Assembly (NCBI RefSeq): GCF_009914755.1
Contig: NC_060928.1
Length of the DNA stretch: 64,000 nt
Reading direction: 5' to 3' (one strand)
DNA from: the human T2T-CHM13v2.0 reference genome, Homo sapiens
The notes beneath the pieces were generated by a model. That model had not been told where the DNA came from. It did no database searches and saw only the letters and a program-made list of their open reading frames with translations. Both the position numbers and the translations under genes were made by a program. Below are positions 29,146 to 41,183 of the stretch, one piece after another (within the stretch, counting starts at the first letter, position 1; every line of letters begins with the position of its first letter).

Positions 29146-31439
29146 GTTTCACAGTGTTCTTGATTTTTATCTATTTAGTTTTGTGTTAAAGTTTCCTGTT
29201 AGTTTTTTTGCTCTTTTATAGTTTGCATTTTGTCACTTCACAAATCTGCATTTTTAATTTATTGCCAAAGTGACCTCACCTACAAGACAAAACTATTAAA
29301 TGAATAACCGAAGTCAATAAAAATGGTTCTGTTTCCAAGGAAAAGTAACTTCAACTATCAAGGAGAGGTCTGTCAAGGATTGGTAAAATTTAAACCTTTT
29401 ATATTTTTGTGTCCCTGATATGGGTAGGGCATGAGATAAGGATAAAACAAGTAGTATTAGACCAAAAGGAAAGTCAAAGAAAAAAAATACCTACTCCAAA
29501 GTAACTGAGAAATAAACTGTGGTTTTGATACCAAATAAAAGGAATTGAGGAAATAGGAATAGTGGAGTCAGGTAGGCAGCTGAGGTGCTGGACACAGCAG
29601 AGGAAGGGAAGAGGGGGAAGGAGGAGGTGATGGGATATTGTGACCATTCCTCAGGAATTAAAAAAGTTGGCATGAGCTGTTGCTAGACCAGTTGATAATC
29701 AAGAGGAAAGATTGCTATGATAACATTTCGATTCAAATTTAAACATGGAACCACATTTAATACTTAGTTGAACTTTCCATTATAAATGAATTTAATCAGA
29801 AAAAGCCTATGCTCAGTTGATGAAAACATGAATTTCTGCCTTACAGCACATCATTGTCAACAAACATATTGAAGGTCTAATGAACTTGGAGTAGTCAGCT
29901 GTTTCTGACAGAGGCACCAAGAAAAATGTATGAGGTCTCTGTCTGTCCTGATCACTTCCAAACACTAATGTTCTATATGAATCTATCAATTAAAGATTTA
30001 TCTGAAAAATCTTAAAGCTTTTCTTAAAATATAATCTCAGCCTATTAAAGTAACAAAGACTTAACTACATAGCATGTCAAATACCTCTATCTTTACTTTC
30101 TTAATCTTTGAAGCTTTAATAGCTATACTATAATTGCCAAGGTTTGTCAGTAGCTGGATTCATAGCTATGATTTCAGAGACTTTAGACATACCTCCTTCC
30201 CCCATGCCAACCTTTGTCTTTCCAGTTTGAAATTTTTTTAAAGGCATATGGAAGTGTTCTCAGCCTGTTCCATTGTTGTATGAAAAATAAGAAGGCAGAG
30301 AGGTGTCTTAGAAATCCTGCCAAGGAAGCAGCCCCACGTTTGAGCAGAGTTCAAGGCTGGATCCACATACCTGCGTTGTGAAGCAACTCGTCTGCCTGCT
30401 TTGTTGGGATCTATGCCTCCTTGGCTGAAAGCAGTGATGACTGTGGTTAAGGCGGAAGGTGTATTTACTGTCAGAAGACTATCAGTTCTTTCCCTGTTTC
30501 TTATGGAGTCTGGTGTATGATTCCTGGTATTTATTATCTCTTTATCGTTCCTTACAGCATAAGAACCCAGGTATTTGTAATCCTAACTGCTGTTGCGTTA
30601 TGAGACTTAACTTTATGAGGTGTAAAAGGGTCACATGAAATTACATAGCAGTGTGCTGACACCATCTTGGTTTAGTTTTGTCTTAAGCACACTGCCTCCT
30701 ACTGACTTCCATGGCTGCCAGTGTCTCATTTTGGAGAGGAGGCTACGCTGGAGAATGGAACTATATTTTGAGTCAAGATTCTGGGGTTCTAATCCTGGCT
30801 TTAAGGAAAAAAGCCATGTGGTATATTGGAAAGCCCATGGGCATAGAAACAAAAGGGTTCTGGGTTTGCAGCTCCCTCTATCAATTGCTAGCTGTGACTT
30901 TCAACACATTACTTAACCTCTAATCCTTATTTTGTTTTTAAAATGGCAATAGGAGTGTCTGTGTCACAAGGTTGTTGCGTTTGAAAGAAATGATGCATGT
31001 TAATATGCTTGAAATCCAGCGGGCCCTCAATAAATTACAGCTATTGTTCCCTGAGCCCCCTGTTAATCTTCATTGTAGGGAAATAAGTGAGTTGAGCTGC
31101 TGCATCAGCATTTTTTTCCAGCTCTAAGCCTTTAAGGTTTAAAATAATCTGACCCCTCCATACACCTACACCTGCTCTGATTTAGAAAATGTAATACTGT
31201 GGTAGAATTCCAAATCAGAAATAATTGCTGACATTTACTGATCATATCTTGTATGCCAGAGACTGTGCAAAGGGCTTTACATACGTTATCTCATGTAATC
31301 ATCATAAATAACTCTTCGAGGTGTAGGTATTATTATTTCACAGAAGTACCAGATAAGACAGAGAAGTAACTTATCCACTGCTAATAAAATGCCAAGCCTA
31401 GTAAGTGTGGCCCGATAGTGTGTGCTATTGATGCTCACC

Positions 31440-31729
31440 TGATAGAGGATGGCAGGTTTGGGCAGAGAGAAAAGTTGGGTGGCAGTGCAGTCATCACACA
31501 ACCAATAGGATGGGGAGCTCTGGAGCTGGGATGGCCAAGCAAAGTAGCCCTACATTGGTTTAGGGGATTTTATACCCGTTTCAACCAGTTACTTGACTAG
31601 CTGTTGCCTAGAAAGGGGGTATACCCGTGGGGAGAGGTGCTTCTCTTTGGCAGTACTCAGCAGCTGGAGGAATGCCTGCTTAGGTCTTGAAGAGGGGGAT
31701 CTGGGTGGTGTGCCACAGCATCCACTACA
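31440..31729 (-). mobile_element. Old ERVL-type LTR fragment (LTR33/LTR16-like)
   Basis: Minus-strand start TGTAGTGGATGCTGTGGCACACCACCCAGATCCCC. Confidence 0.5.
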
Positions 31730-32292
31730 GGACCAACAGATTCATATGCCCACTGCACAGTATACACTGAGACAGCAGGGTTTGCAGAAGAGAAAGAGTT
31801 TAGTGATGGCAGGGTGCCGAGAGGAGATGGGAGGAAACCCTCAAATTCATCTCTCTGAGGAGTTCTGTGCTGGGGCTTTTAAGGGGATCCTGGAGGGCAA
31901 TGGGCTGGAAAATTAGGGTCCTCGATTGGCTGGGGTAAGGAGGAATGAAACCATCAGGATGTGGGAACTGCATTCTTTGGTGAGTCAGCTCCTTGTCAGA
32001 CCAGCTGAGTCAGTAGTTTCATCAGTACGAAGGACCTGAAAGGTTATCTCAAAGCACAAACTTAACGTTTCATAATGTTCAAGTTGTTGTCTATAGAGCA
32101 GTTAGGGGAAACTATAACCTTGTAACAGAGTCTACATGATTCTGAAGCAATAGGCAAACAATTATGAGGAAGGGGTCAGACAGCAAGCTGACCTAATTAT
32201 TAATCCTCAGTGTGCTGCAAGCTTGGTTTAATTTCGTTCCCCCCACCCCTTTTTCCCAGATTAACTTCATAAAGTATATAGGCATGGTTTCA
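31726..32292 (-). mobile_element. ERV1 solo LTR (LTR26-like)
   Basis: Minus-strand start TGAAACC; CCAAT, TTAAAA box and typical R/U5 end (CCCTGCTGTCTCAGTG...TGTTGGTCCTG); subfamily from recalled consensus. Confidence 0.7.
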
Positions 32293-32882
32293 GACACCAC
32301 TGTAAAGGCATCCTAAAGACAGGGCTGACTCTGACAACCAAGGGACAGATCCCATTTCTTTTCATTTGACGTGACCGCTGTCATGATACTTTACAAAGAA
32401 TGTGTGTGCCAAACATGAGGGATAGACGAATAAGTACAGGTCACACTGAATCTAAAAAAGACACTTTTCAAGAGGGAACTTCCTCAAGGAGATAGTACCT
32501 GAATTGATGGGGCGGCATGGAGATGGCTGATTATTCCAGGCAGAAGGGCCAGTTTGAGCAAAAGCATGGAGGAATGAAACAATAGTATTCTGTTTTCAGA
32601 AGCTGTATATATTTGACACAATATACACATAATCAAAACATGTGTACGCCGTAAACACAATTTTTGTCAATTATACCTTAATAAAGAAGGAGGAAAAAGG
32701 GCCTTCACTAGCCCAAATGATGCCCCTGTGCGGTTTTTTCTTTAAAGGCACCTCTTCCGTTAAGTGAAAGTTTTAGTATATTATCACATCTGTACAGTTT
32801 TATTATTAAACCCCAGTACACAATATTTTAATGTTGAGAGATGGTGTAAACTGAGCTTTAGAGCTGCAAAGACCTGCGTCAA

Positions 32883-32906
32883 GCCCCCGCCCCCGCCCCC
32901 GCCCCC
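32883..32906. repeat. (GCCCCC)4 repeat; G-quadruplex motif on minus strand / Sp-KLF sites
   Basis: Four C5 runs with 1-nt spacers. Confidence 0.9.
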
Positions 32907-33279
32907 GGGCACTCATCGTCCAGCACAACAATTGCAACAACACCTGGGCGTTCTCTGCCCATGTAGCGAGGTCAAGGTCCTGGGAGCCGAACTCTCCCTT
33001 GATGTTCAATCTTTTTAAATCTTTCCCAGCCTTTATTTCTCATCTGCAAAATGACGATAATCGCATTTGAAATTCTCCGTTTTCAAAATGCAGGAATTTA
33101 TTAAAGGATACGTAGGCTGGGGAAACAAGGGAGACGAAAGATCTAAATCTAAATGGTAGACCAGAAAAAGGAAGGCAAGGGTGTCTGGAAACACAAAACA
33201 GTCAACATAGATTTTAAGACTCATCTATACTCTCTTCTTCCCGGGTTTGGGAACTGCGGTTGCTACACAGGTCACATTT

Positions 33280-33920
33280 GAAATAAAAGTCCTGGGACGG
33301 CGGCCGGCGCGACACTCTCCCCCGCACAGCGCAGGCTCTCACTGGGAATCTGCCGGGACCGCAGTTGCCAAGGCGACTCCGCGCTGCAGGGCGAGGCCAT
33401 CCGTCTGTGCCCGCCCCCTCACGCCGTGGCGCGCTCTCACGCTTCCCCGCCTCCGGGCGCTCCGCGGTGCCGACCATTGGCTGGCTCTGCAGGTCTCACT
33501 ATCCTCACTCCATCCGCGGAGCCAATGGCTGGGACCGCCAGGAGCTCGTTCGCGCGAGTCACACGATGTCGGCAACTGCACAGACCAATCACCGCGCCGA
33601 GAAGGCGGGGCGGGAGCTCTCGCAGGCCAATAACGACAGGACGGGCCGCCTGGCCCACCCGGCTCCACCCCCAAGCCAGGCGAGGCAGGTTCCGAGGTTG
33701 GAACACCTGGCGAGTCCTCGGTGTCGGTGGCCGGCAGTCATCTCGCGGCCGTTCAGGTGAGGGGGTTGGAGGAGTGGCTCATGAGCGAGGAAGGGGGAGC
33801 AGGCGGGCTCCCACCCGGTGCTCCGTGAGATCGAGGGGAGCGGGTTCTGGGTGCGGATGCACGCGCTGGGCGGGACGCTGGCAGTGGTACCCGAGACGGG
33901 GCGGAAGGAGACTGGAGTGA
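33280..33920 (+). promoter_or_regulatory. MSMO1: CpG island / MSMO1 promoter with CCAAT boxes, GC box and SRE-like motifs
   Basis: Only CpG-dense stretch in the window; ATTGG 33476, CCAAT 33522, 33585, 33627; GGGGCGGG 33607-33614; CTCACTCCAT 33504-33513; GTCACACGAT 33558-33567. Confidence 0.9.
33685..33756 (+). other. MSMO1: MSMO1 exon 1 (5'UTR; start approximate)
   Basis: Strong donor CAG|gtgagg at 33756/33757 just downstream of the CCAAT/GC boxes; no ATG in exon. Confidence 0.8.
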
Positions 33921-35561
33921 AGGTGGGCCTAGGCTAAGGTACGTGCTAGAAAGGATGAAAACGGAGTGAAATTCTTAAGTGATGGAACTAGGCTAGGGCA
34001 TGTTTCTTGCCCTTTAAAATGTGTTGTCTTCGGGAGACAGGACGTAGAAGATAGTTGCAGCACAGGGTGATAGGCTGGCGAAAGTTATACAAAAGCAGGA
34101 ACCACTAGAAGGAGGTAAGATGTAGTGTGCTTTGGGAGTAGTGGGGTTGGGAAGGGCGTCCGAGAGGAGGTTACTGAAGGATGACTAGGAGTTGAATGGG
34201 AGGACATCACCTGTAAGGGAACGATATTTCCGTGGGCAGAGAGGAATGAAGCAGTAGCAACCATGAGTGATCAGATACTGCAAAAATGTGAAGTGTAGGA
34301 TGGCGAGAATGTAAGAAATGAAGAGTGAAGAAGTCTGGAAGGGCCTCGTGTGCATCAATCACAGCGGGGCTTGATCTTTATGCTTAGGGCAAGCACTCCC
34401 TTGAACTTTGAGTGTTTTAAGGAGGTTATCTCTGATGTTTAAATTTATATAGATCGTGGCATTGCATCTTAGAAATAAGGTTTAGGAAGGGCAAGCTTGG
34501 AGGCAGGGCAAGTCCAGAAAATGAAGGAGCTGGTGAAATCCGTGTTAAAGTGCCAAAGGACAGAGACTGGCTGACAGCTAAACTTCAAGGTTTCTGAGAA
34601 TCCACAAATAACTAAATTTATCTAGTCAACCTGTTCCAGAACAGGCTTCCAGTCATTTAGGTTGCCCAAGAATGAGTAAAGGAAAAGGAAATTCAATTTT
34701 CCAAGACCTTGTTTCCCCTCTCCTCTTTAATTCCTTGTTCGGTTAGCAACAGTATATCCATTCCCTCGCTCCTTTGTGAAAAGTAAATTCCTGAATGTTA
34801 ACTAAACCAAGTGTTTCTAAATTGGGTAAGAGTTTGAAGACTTAAGGCAGCAGAATGGGAGAGACTTAAAACGTTATGTCTGAGAATTAGGCATTAAAGG
34901 AGGCCTAGTATTTGGGCGGGGGTTGTGAGGAGCACATACTGAACCTTTGGACCTGTTGAGTGAGTTCATGTGCCTCTGAACTCTCTGACTGGATATGACC
35001 AGTAAACTTGGATAATTAGATCCTGGAGTTTAGGGGAGAGGGCTAGAGATAGAGATGATGGATGTCAGCATATTTTTAAAACAGAAAATAGTTAAGATCA
35101 CCCAAGACAATCTGGAATCGTTAGAAGGGAGTAAGGAAGGCATTATTGGGAAACTTTCCAGCTTCAATTCTCATATTTTTTCTAATCTCCTGGTTGAGTC
35201 TTTGGAGTTGCTGTTCTCTCTATGCAAAACCCCTCCCTTGACCCTCTCTCCCTCACTCTATTTTTTAATTTGTCACCTCCTTCTCCTGTTCTAGGTCTCA
35301 GTTTAGATAGCACCTTTCTCTAGAAGTTCATAGCACTGTGTATTCCCCCCTTTATTGTTCTTATCACATAATTTTTGATGGTTTGGACACTAGTTGTTAT
35401 TCCTCACTAAATTTTATGTTTTATGAACTCAGGGGTAAGGGCACCAGCTAGCACAATGAATGCACAATACTTGTCAGAGTGAATGCATTTAAGTTCCAAG
35501 AACCAAGGAAAGGCGGTATTTCAAGAAGAGAAGTATCAAATCTTCCAGATTAGTCAAATAA

Positions 35562-35925
<364 letters not shown>

Positions 35926-36695
35926 TCCTTAGTGATTTTAGTAAGAGTAAGTTCAGTGCAGTGATGACAATAGAATGCAGATTGCAGTTGCTAGAATATA
36001 AACAGGAAATAAGAAGATAAAGACAACTCGTGGAATACCTTTTCATAGAGCTTAGGTAAACTGTAGGAATTATTCTCCTTGTACTCTAATACTTATTATG
36101 GGTTTTATTTATAATTATAGTGTAATATAATGGATGAGTGCATGGGCTTCCCCACTTAGCATTTGTTAAGCATTAACTTAACATTAAGCATTAGACTTTG
36201 GGCAAGTTGCTTAATCTTTCTAAACCTCAGTTATTTTATCTATAAAATGGTGATAAAATAATACCTACCTCACGAAGGTGTGGTAAGGATTAAAGTGAAA
36301 ATGTAGAGAGCAGGTAGCATGCTTTGAACACAGTTCTTGGCACAGAAAGTGCCCAATAATTGTTAGTTTCTTGTAGCTATTACATGCCAGGTCCTGTGCT
36401 AACTAAGCGCTTTATATGCATTGTCTCTTGGACTCATTGGAAGACCTACTGTTTTAATTTTTGCTGCTGATAAAACTGCATCACAGAGAGGTTACCTAAT
36501 TTGCCCAAGGTCACAGGACAGGACTAGTAAGTGGTCTTGGTTCATTATTGTCAAATTTACTAATCACCTTGAGAAAAATTAAGATTGGATGGTTGCCTTA
36601 TTTTACAACTTAGAAGATGATTGAAGACATTTTGGTGCAGGTGGGGAGCCAGATTGCAAGTAGCTCAGTGAGTTGTGTGGGTGAGTTAAGCAACC

Positions 36696-36881
36696 TTTTT
36701 TATTCTTTTTTTTTGAGACGGAGTTTTGCTGTTGGTGCCCAGGCTAGAGTGCAGTCACAGCTTACTGAAACCTCCACCTCCTCATTTCAAGCGATTCACC
36801 TGAACTCCTGACCTTAGGTGATCTGCCCGCATCAGCCTCCCCAAGGTGCTGGGATTACAGGCGTGAGCCACCATGCCCAGC
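36696..36881 (-). mobile_element. Internally deleted Alu
   Basis: Right arm jumps to left arm at gattcacctgaactcc; TSD TGAGTTAAGCAA. Confidence 0.85.
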
Positions 36882-37014
36882 TGAGTTAAGCAATCTTTAT
36901 GTAGAGCTCTCCTTTGAGAAAGAAGTTGGTTGGTTCAAAGAAAGATAAATGGGACAGTGGCTTGGAAGAGGTAATGGAGGCTAGGAAGGTGTTTATCAAC
37001 AAAGGAAGATGTAG

Positions 37015-37436
<422 letters not shown>

Positions 37437-37890
37437 CTAGTCAGTCTTAGAGGAAAGAATGAATGAGCAAAGAAATTTTAAGGCCTGTAATGACACAGGA
37501 TGGAACACTATAGTCACTGTGGTGTAAGTCATTTGAGATGAGTAGGACAGAAGGAGGACGGCCTGAAGTGAATTCAGATGCCTGGAGGAGTTGGCTAGGT
37601 TCTCAATATTCCTTCTGTAGAATGGGATAAAAGGTCAGTTTGAGAAGTGTTGGGGAAGGGGACTTTTAAAGCACTATTTAGAATGCTTCTGAGGCTTTAA
37701 AATACTCATTTTTAAAATGGTCCAAAAAATTCATAAATTAGAAGCAGCAGTGGTGAACATTTTTAGGAAAGTGACCCTTGAGAAGTTTATTTTTTGGTTA
37801 GTGACCTATTGAGCTTATTTATTAGGTAAGTAGAACATGCTCATTTAAAAAGTTTAAATTGTGCAAAAGACATATGTCAGATTTTTTTTT

Positions 37891-38090
37891 CTGTCTTCCA
37901 TAACGCTATTTCCTACCCCGCCGCGCTCTGTCTTCCGTAACACTCTCCTCTACCCCGTCGCCACTCTGTCTTCCATAACACTGTCCCCTACTCCACCACA
38001 CTGTCTCCTACCCCGCCGAGCTGTCTTCCATAACACTCTCCCCTACCCCGCCACGCTGTCTTCATTAACACTATCTCCTGCCCTGCCACA
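37891..38090. repeat. Minisatellite, ~35-38 bp unit CTGTCTTCCATAACACTCTCCCCTACCCCGCCACG
   Basis: Unit starts at 37891, 37928, 37966, 38001 (partial), 38021, 38056. Confidence 0.9.
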
Positions 38091-39359
38091 CAACTCTGTT
38101 TTCCTAGAAGTCACCAGTGTGAATTTTTCCCTTTATCCATATGTACATTTTTTGTTTCTGTGTGTCTGTGTATATACATATGCATAAAAGTGCATAGATA
38201 AAATACATATCCTTTTCAAAAAATCTTAAGTGGGGCTCTTGCTATGCATACTGTTCTGTAACTTGTTACTTGGATTAACACTGTATCTTAGACATCTTTC
38301 TATGTAGAGCGTATAGATCTTCCCTGTTCTTTTAAATGGCTGTATAATTGTCTATGGAAGGACTTAATTTATTTAACCCATACCTTGTTGATGGCTTATT
38401 TGTGTTTTGCTTTTATTTTTTCCTCTTTGTTTTTGCTGCTACAAGCAATGCTTCCTTCCATCTTAGCGGATCTGTCTTTGTACCCTTGAATGAGAAAGTT
38501 GCTGGATCAAAGGATGTATTCATTTTGAATTAGGTGTTGCTAATTTTTCCTCCAATGATACACTGATGTATCCCCCCTGCCCACAGTGTGTGGTCATGCC
38601 TGTTCTCTCACCCTCTTACCAGTACTGGACATTAATAAGCTTTTAAAGATTTGCTACTCAGGCTAAAAGTGTCTCTTTGTTTTAGGGTGCATTTCCTCAT
38701 TTAATGAAGTGAAGATTCTTCCTTGTTTAGTGACCATTTGCCTTTATTTTTCTGTGAACTGCTTGTGAATGGCATTTGTCGTTCTTCTGTTGTCTTTTTA
38801 GTCTTTTTTCTAAAGCACACTTTGTAGCCCTTTGTTGTAAAATGTTGGAAATATTTTTCCCAGTTTGTCATTTAATCTTTGACTTTGTCTTTCTATTCCC
38901 CAGTAGGAGGTACTTAATTTTTATATACTCATATTTGGCAGGCTTTTTCTTTATAGGTTCTTTTGGCTTTAAGTGATACTTTTAAACCCAGCTATTGCTC
39001 ATTTAAATTAGAAGCTTTTCCATGAGAACCACACTGACGATTTCTTTAAATATAGCTTGAAAAAATTTTTCCCCTATTGTTCTTTTAGCTATTGTTCTTG
39101 AAAATAATGTGTTTTTTAAAGGAATATCTACAAATAGAAATGGTGATGATATCCAGCAAATGTTTTAAAATGGTGTAAAACCATTTGTACTCGTTTAGTA
39201 ATTTTTTGGTAAAAAATTTATACTCCTTTAGTAATTATCATTTTTAAAATGATCAGAGGATGCATTTTTTAACTGTTTTATTTTTTGAAAGCTCATTGTT
39301 TAACTTATTATATATGTATTCATTTCTACAGAATTATAAGGCTGTCTGCAGAGATTTGA

Positions 39360-39632
<273 letters not shown>

Positions 39633-39705
39633 TAGAAATAGAATATTATCATTAATGTTGCTGAATATTTTAAAAGTACATAGGGCTTTGTTTTGTGAGG
39701 CTAAA

Positions 39706-40277
39706 GCAGTGATATCCAATAGAAATATGAAGCCACGTATGTAATTTTAAATTTTCTAGTAGAATACATAGAAAAGGTAAAAAGAAATAAGGCAATTAAT
39801 TTCATAATGTGTGTCATTTAGCTCAATAAATGTAAACTATCGCTGGGTGCAGGGTCCATGCCTGTAATTCCAGCACTTTGGGAGGCCAAGGCAGGAGGAT
39901 TGCTTGAGGCCAGGAGTTCAAGACCATCCTGGGAAACATAGCAAGACCCTGTCTCTACAAAAAAGATACAAAAATACCCAGGCATGGTGATGTAAGTCCT
40001 AGCTACTTATGAGGCTGAAGCAGAAAGATTGCAGCACTATACTGTAGCATAGGCGACAGAGTGAGACCTTGTCTCAAAAAAAATAAGAAATAAATGTAAA
40101 TTATTATTTCAATCAGTAATCAAATTCTAAAAAATACTTAATGAGATATTTAATAAGTCTTTGCAATTCCATGTGCATTTTACATTAATTTTAGTCTATC
40201 TCAATTTAGACTAGCCATGTTTAAAGTGTTTGGAAGCCACATGTTACTAGTTGCTCCTGAATTGAGCAACACAGTCC
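39706..40277. mobile_element. MER33-like hAT element interrupted by a + strand AluJ (~39842-40085)
   Basis: tccaatagaaatat...gccacgtatgtaattttaaattttctagtag; Alu in the middle. Confidence 0.65.
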
Positions 40278-40854
40278 TAGGTCATTATTGATAACATTTC
40301 AAGAATACTTTGTTAAATTGGGCTTTAAGTAGATGTGATGGTTATCTAACTTAAGTTTATGAATTTTAATGTTTAAGCTAGCTGGAAAGGAAAGGTATGG
40401 TGATTTGCGCATATTTTGCAGTTCACCCCAACTCTATGTTCCAGTAAATCTAAGGGACTGTTAATACACTACGACCTTGATCAGGGCTATTCAAGTTTTT
40501 TTTCCCTAAATATATGGTAGGTAGTTCTGCAGCATTCGTATCATCCCAAATAAGGAGGTGATGCTCCTCGTTTCTGGATATTTGCTTCATTGCACTAAAT
40601 GTTGAGAGGTCGCTATGTACATGACAAGGTGAAATCTCATATGTAGCCTGTGAGCTTGACGTGAGAATTTGGAGTAGCTTATTAGAAAGATGAATTATTT
40701 GTTAGAATTTGTAAGCTGATGATAGTTTCTAGTGTTTGCTGTTTACTTTTCATAAAAAGTCATTCCAAACTAAAACTCAGGGGCACACAGTCTTGGTAGA
40801 AAGTAGACCATTGAGAGTATTCATCTATGGAAAGTAATTTACATTCACTTAGTA

Positions 40855-41183
40855 CAATTGGCCCTCCATATCCATGGGTTGTTGTATCCATGGATCCAAC
40901 CAACTGCAGATCAGAAATATTCAGGGGAAAAAAATTGTGTCTACACTGAACATGTACAGTCTTTTTTTTCCTTGTCATTATTCAAAATGACAACTATTTA
41001 TAGAGCATTTGCATTTTATTAAGTATTATAAGTGCTGTAGAGATGATTTAAAGTATACGAGAGGATTCGTGTAGGTTATGTCAAATACTATGTCATTTTA
41101 TATCAGGCACTTGAGCATCTTCAGATCTTGGTATTTGCAGAAAGTCCCAGAACCAATCCTCAAAAGATACCAAAGGACAACTG
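40855..41183 (-). mobile_element. MER2-like Tigger-family MITE
   Basis: TA-flanked; minus-strand start CAGTTGTCCTTTGGTATC; internal TATACTTTAAATCATCTCTA. Confidence 0.8.

Noticed and set aside
33214-33920. Six overlapping ORFs of 87-164 aa on both strands
   Set aside because: They lie in the CpG island, where stop codons are scarce; Arg/Pro/Gly/Ala-rich with mostly non-ATG starts and no domain signature
37861-38187. 108-aa ORF / CRISPR-like spaced repeats
   Set aside because: Head-to-tail minisatellite with no unique spacers, in a eukaryotic intron with no cas genes
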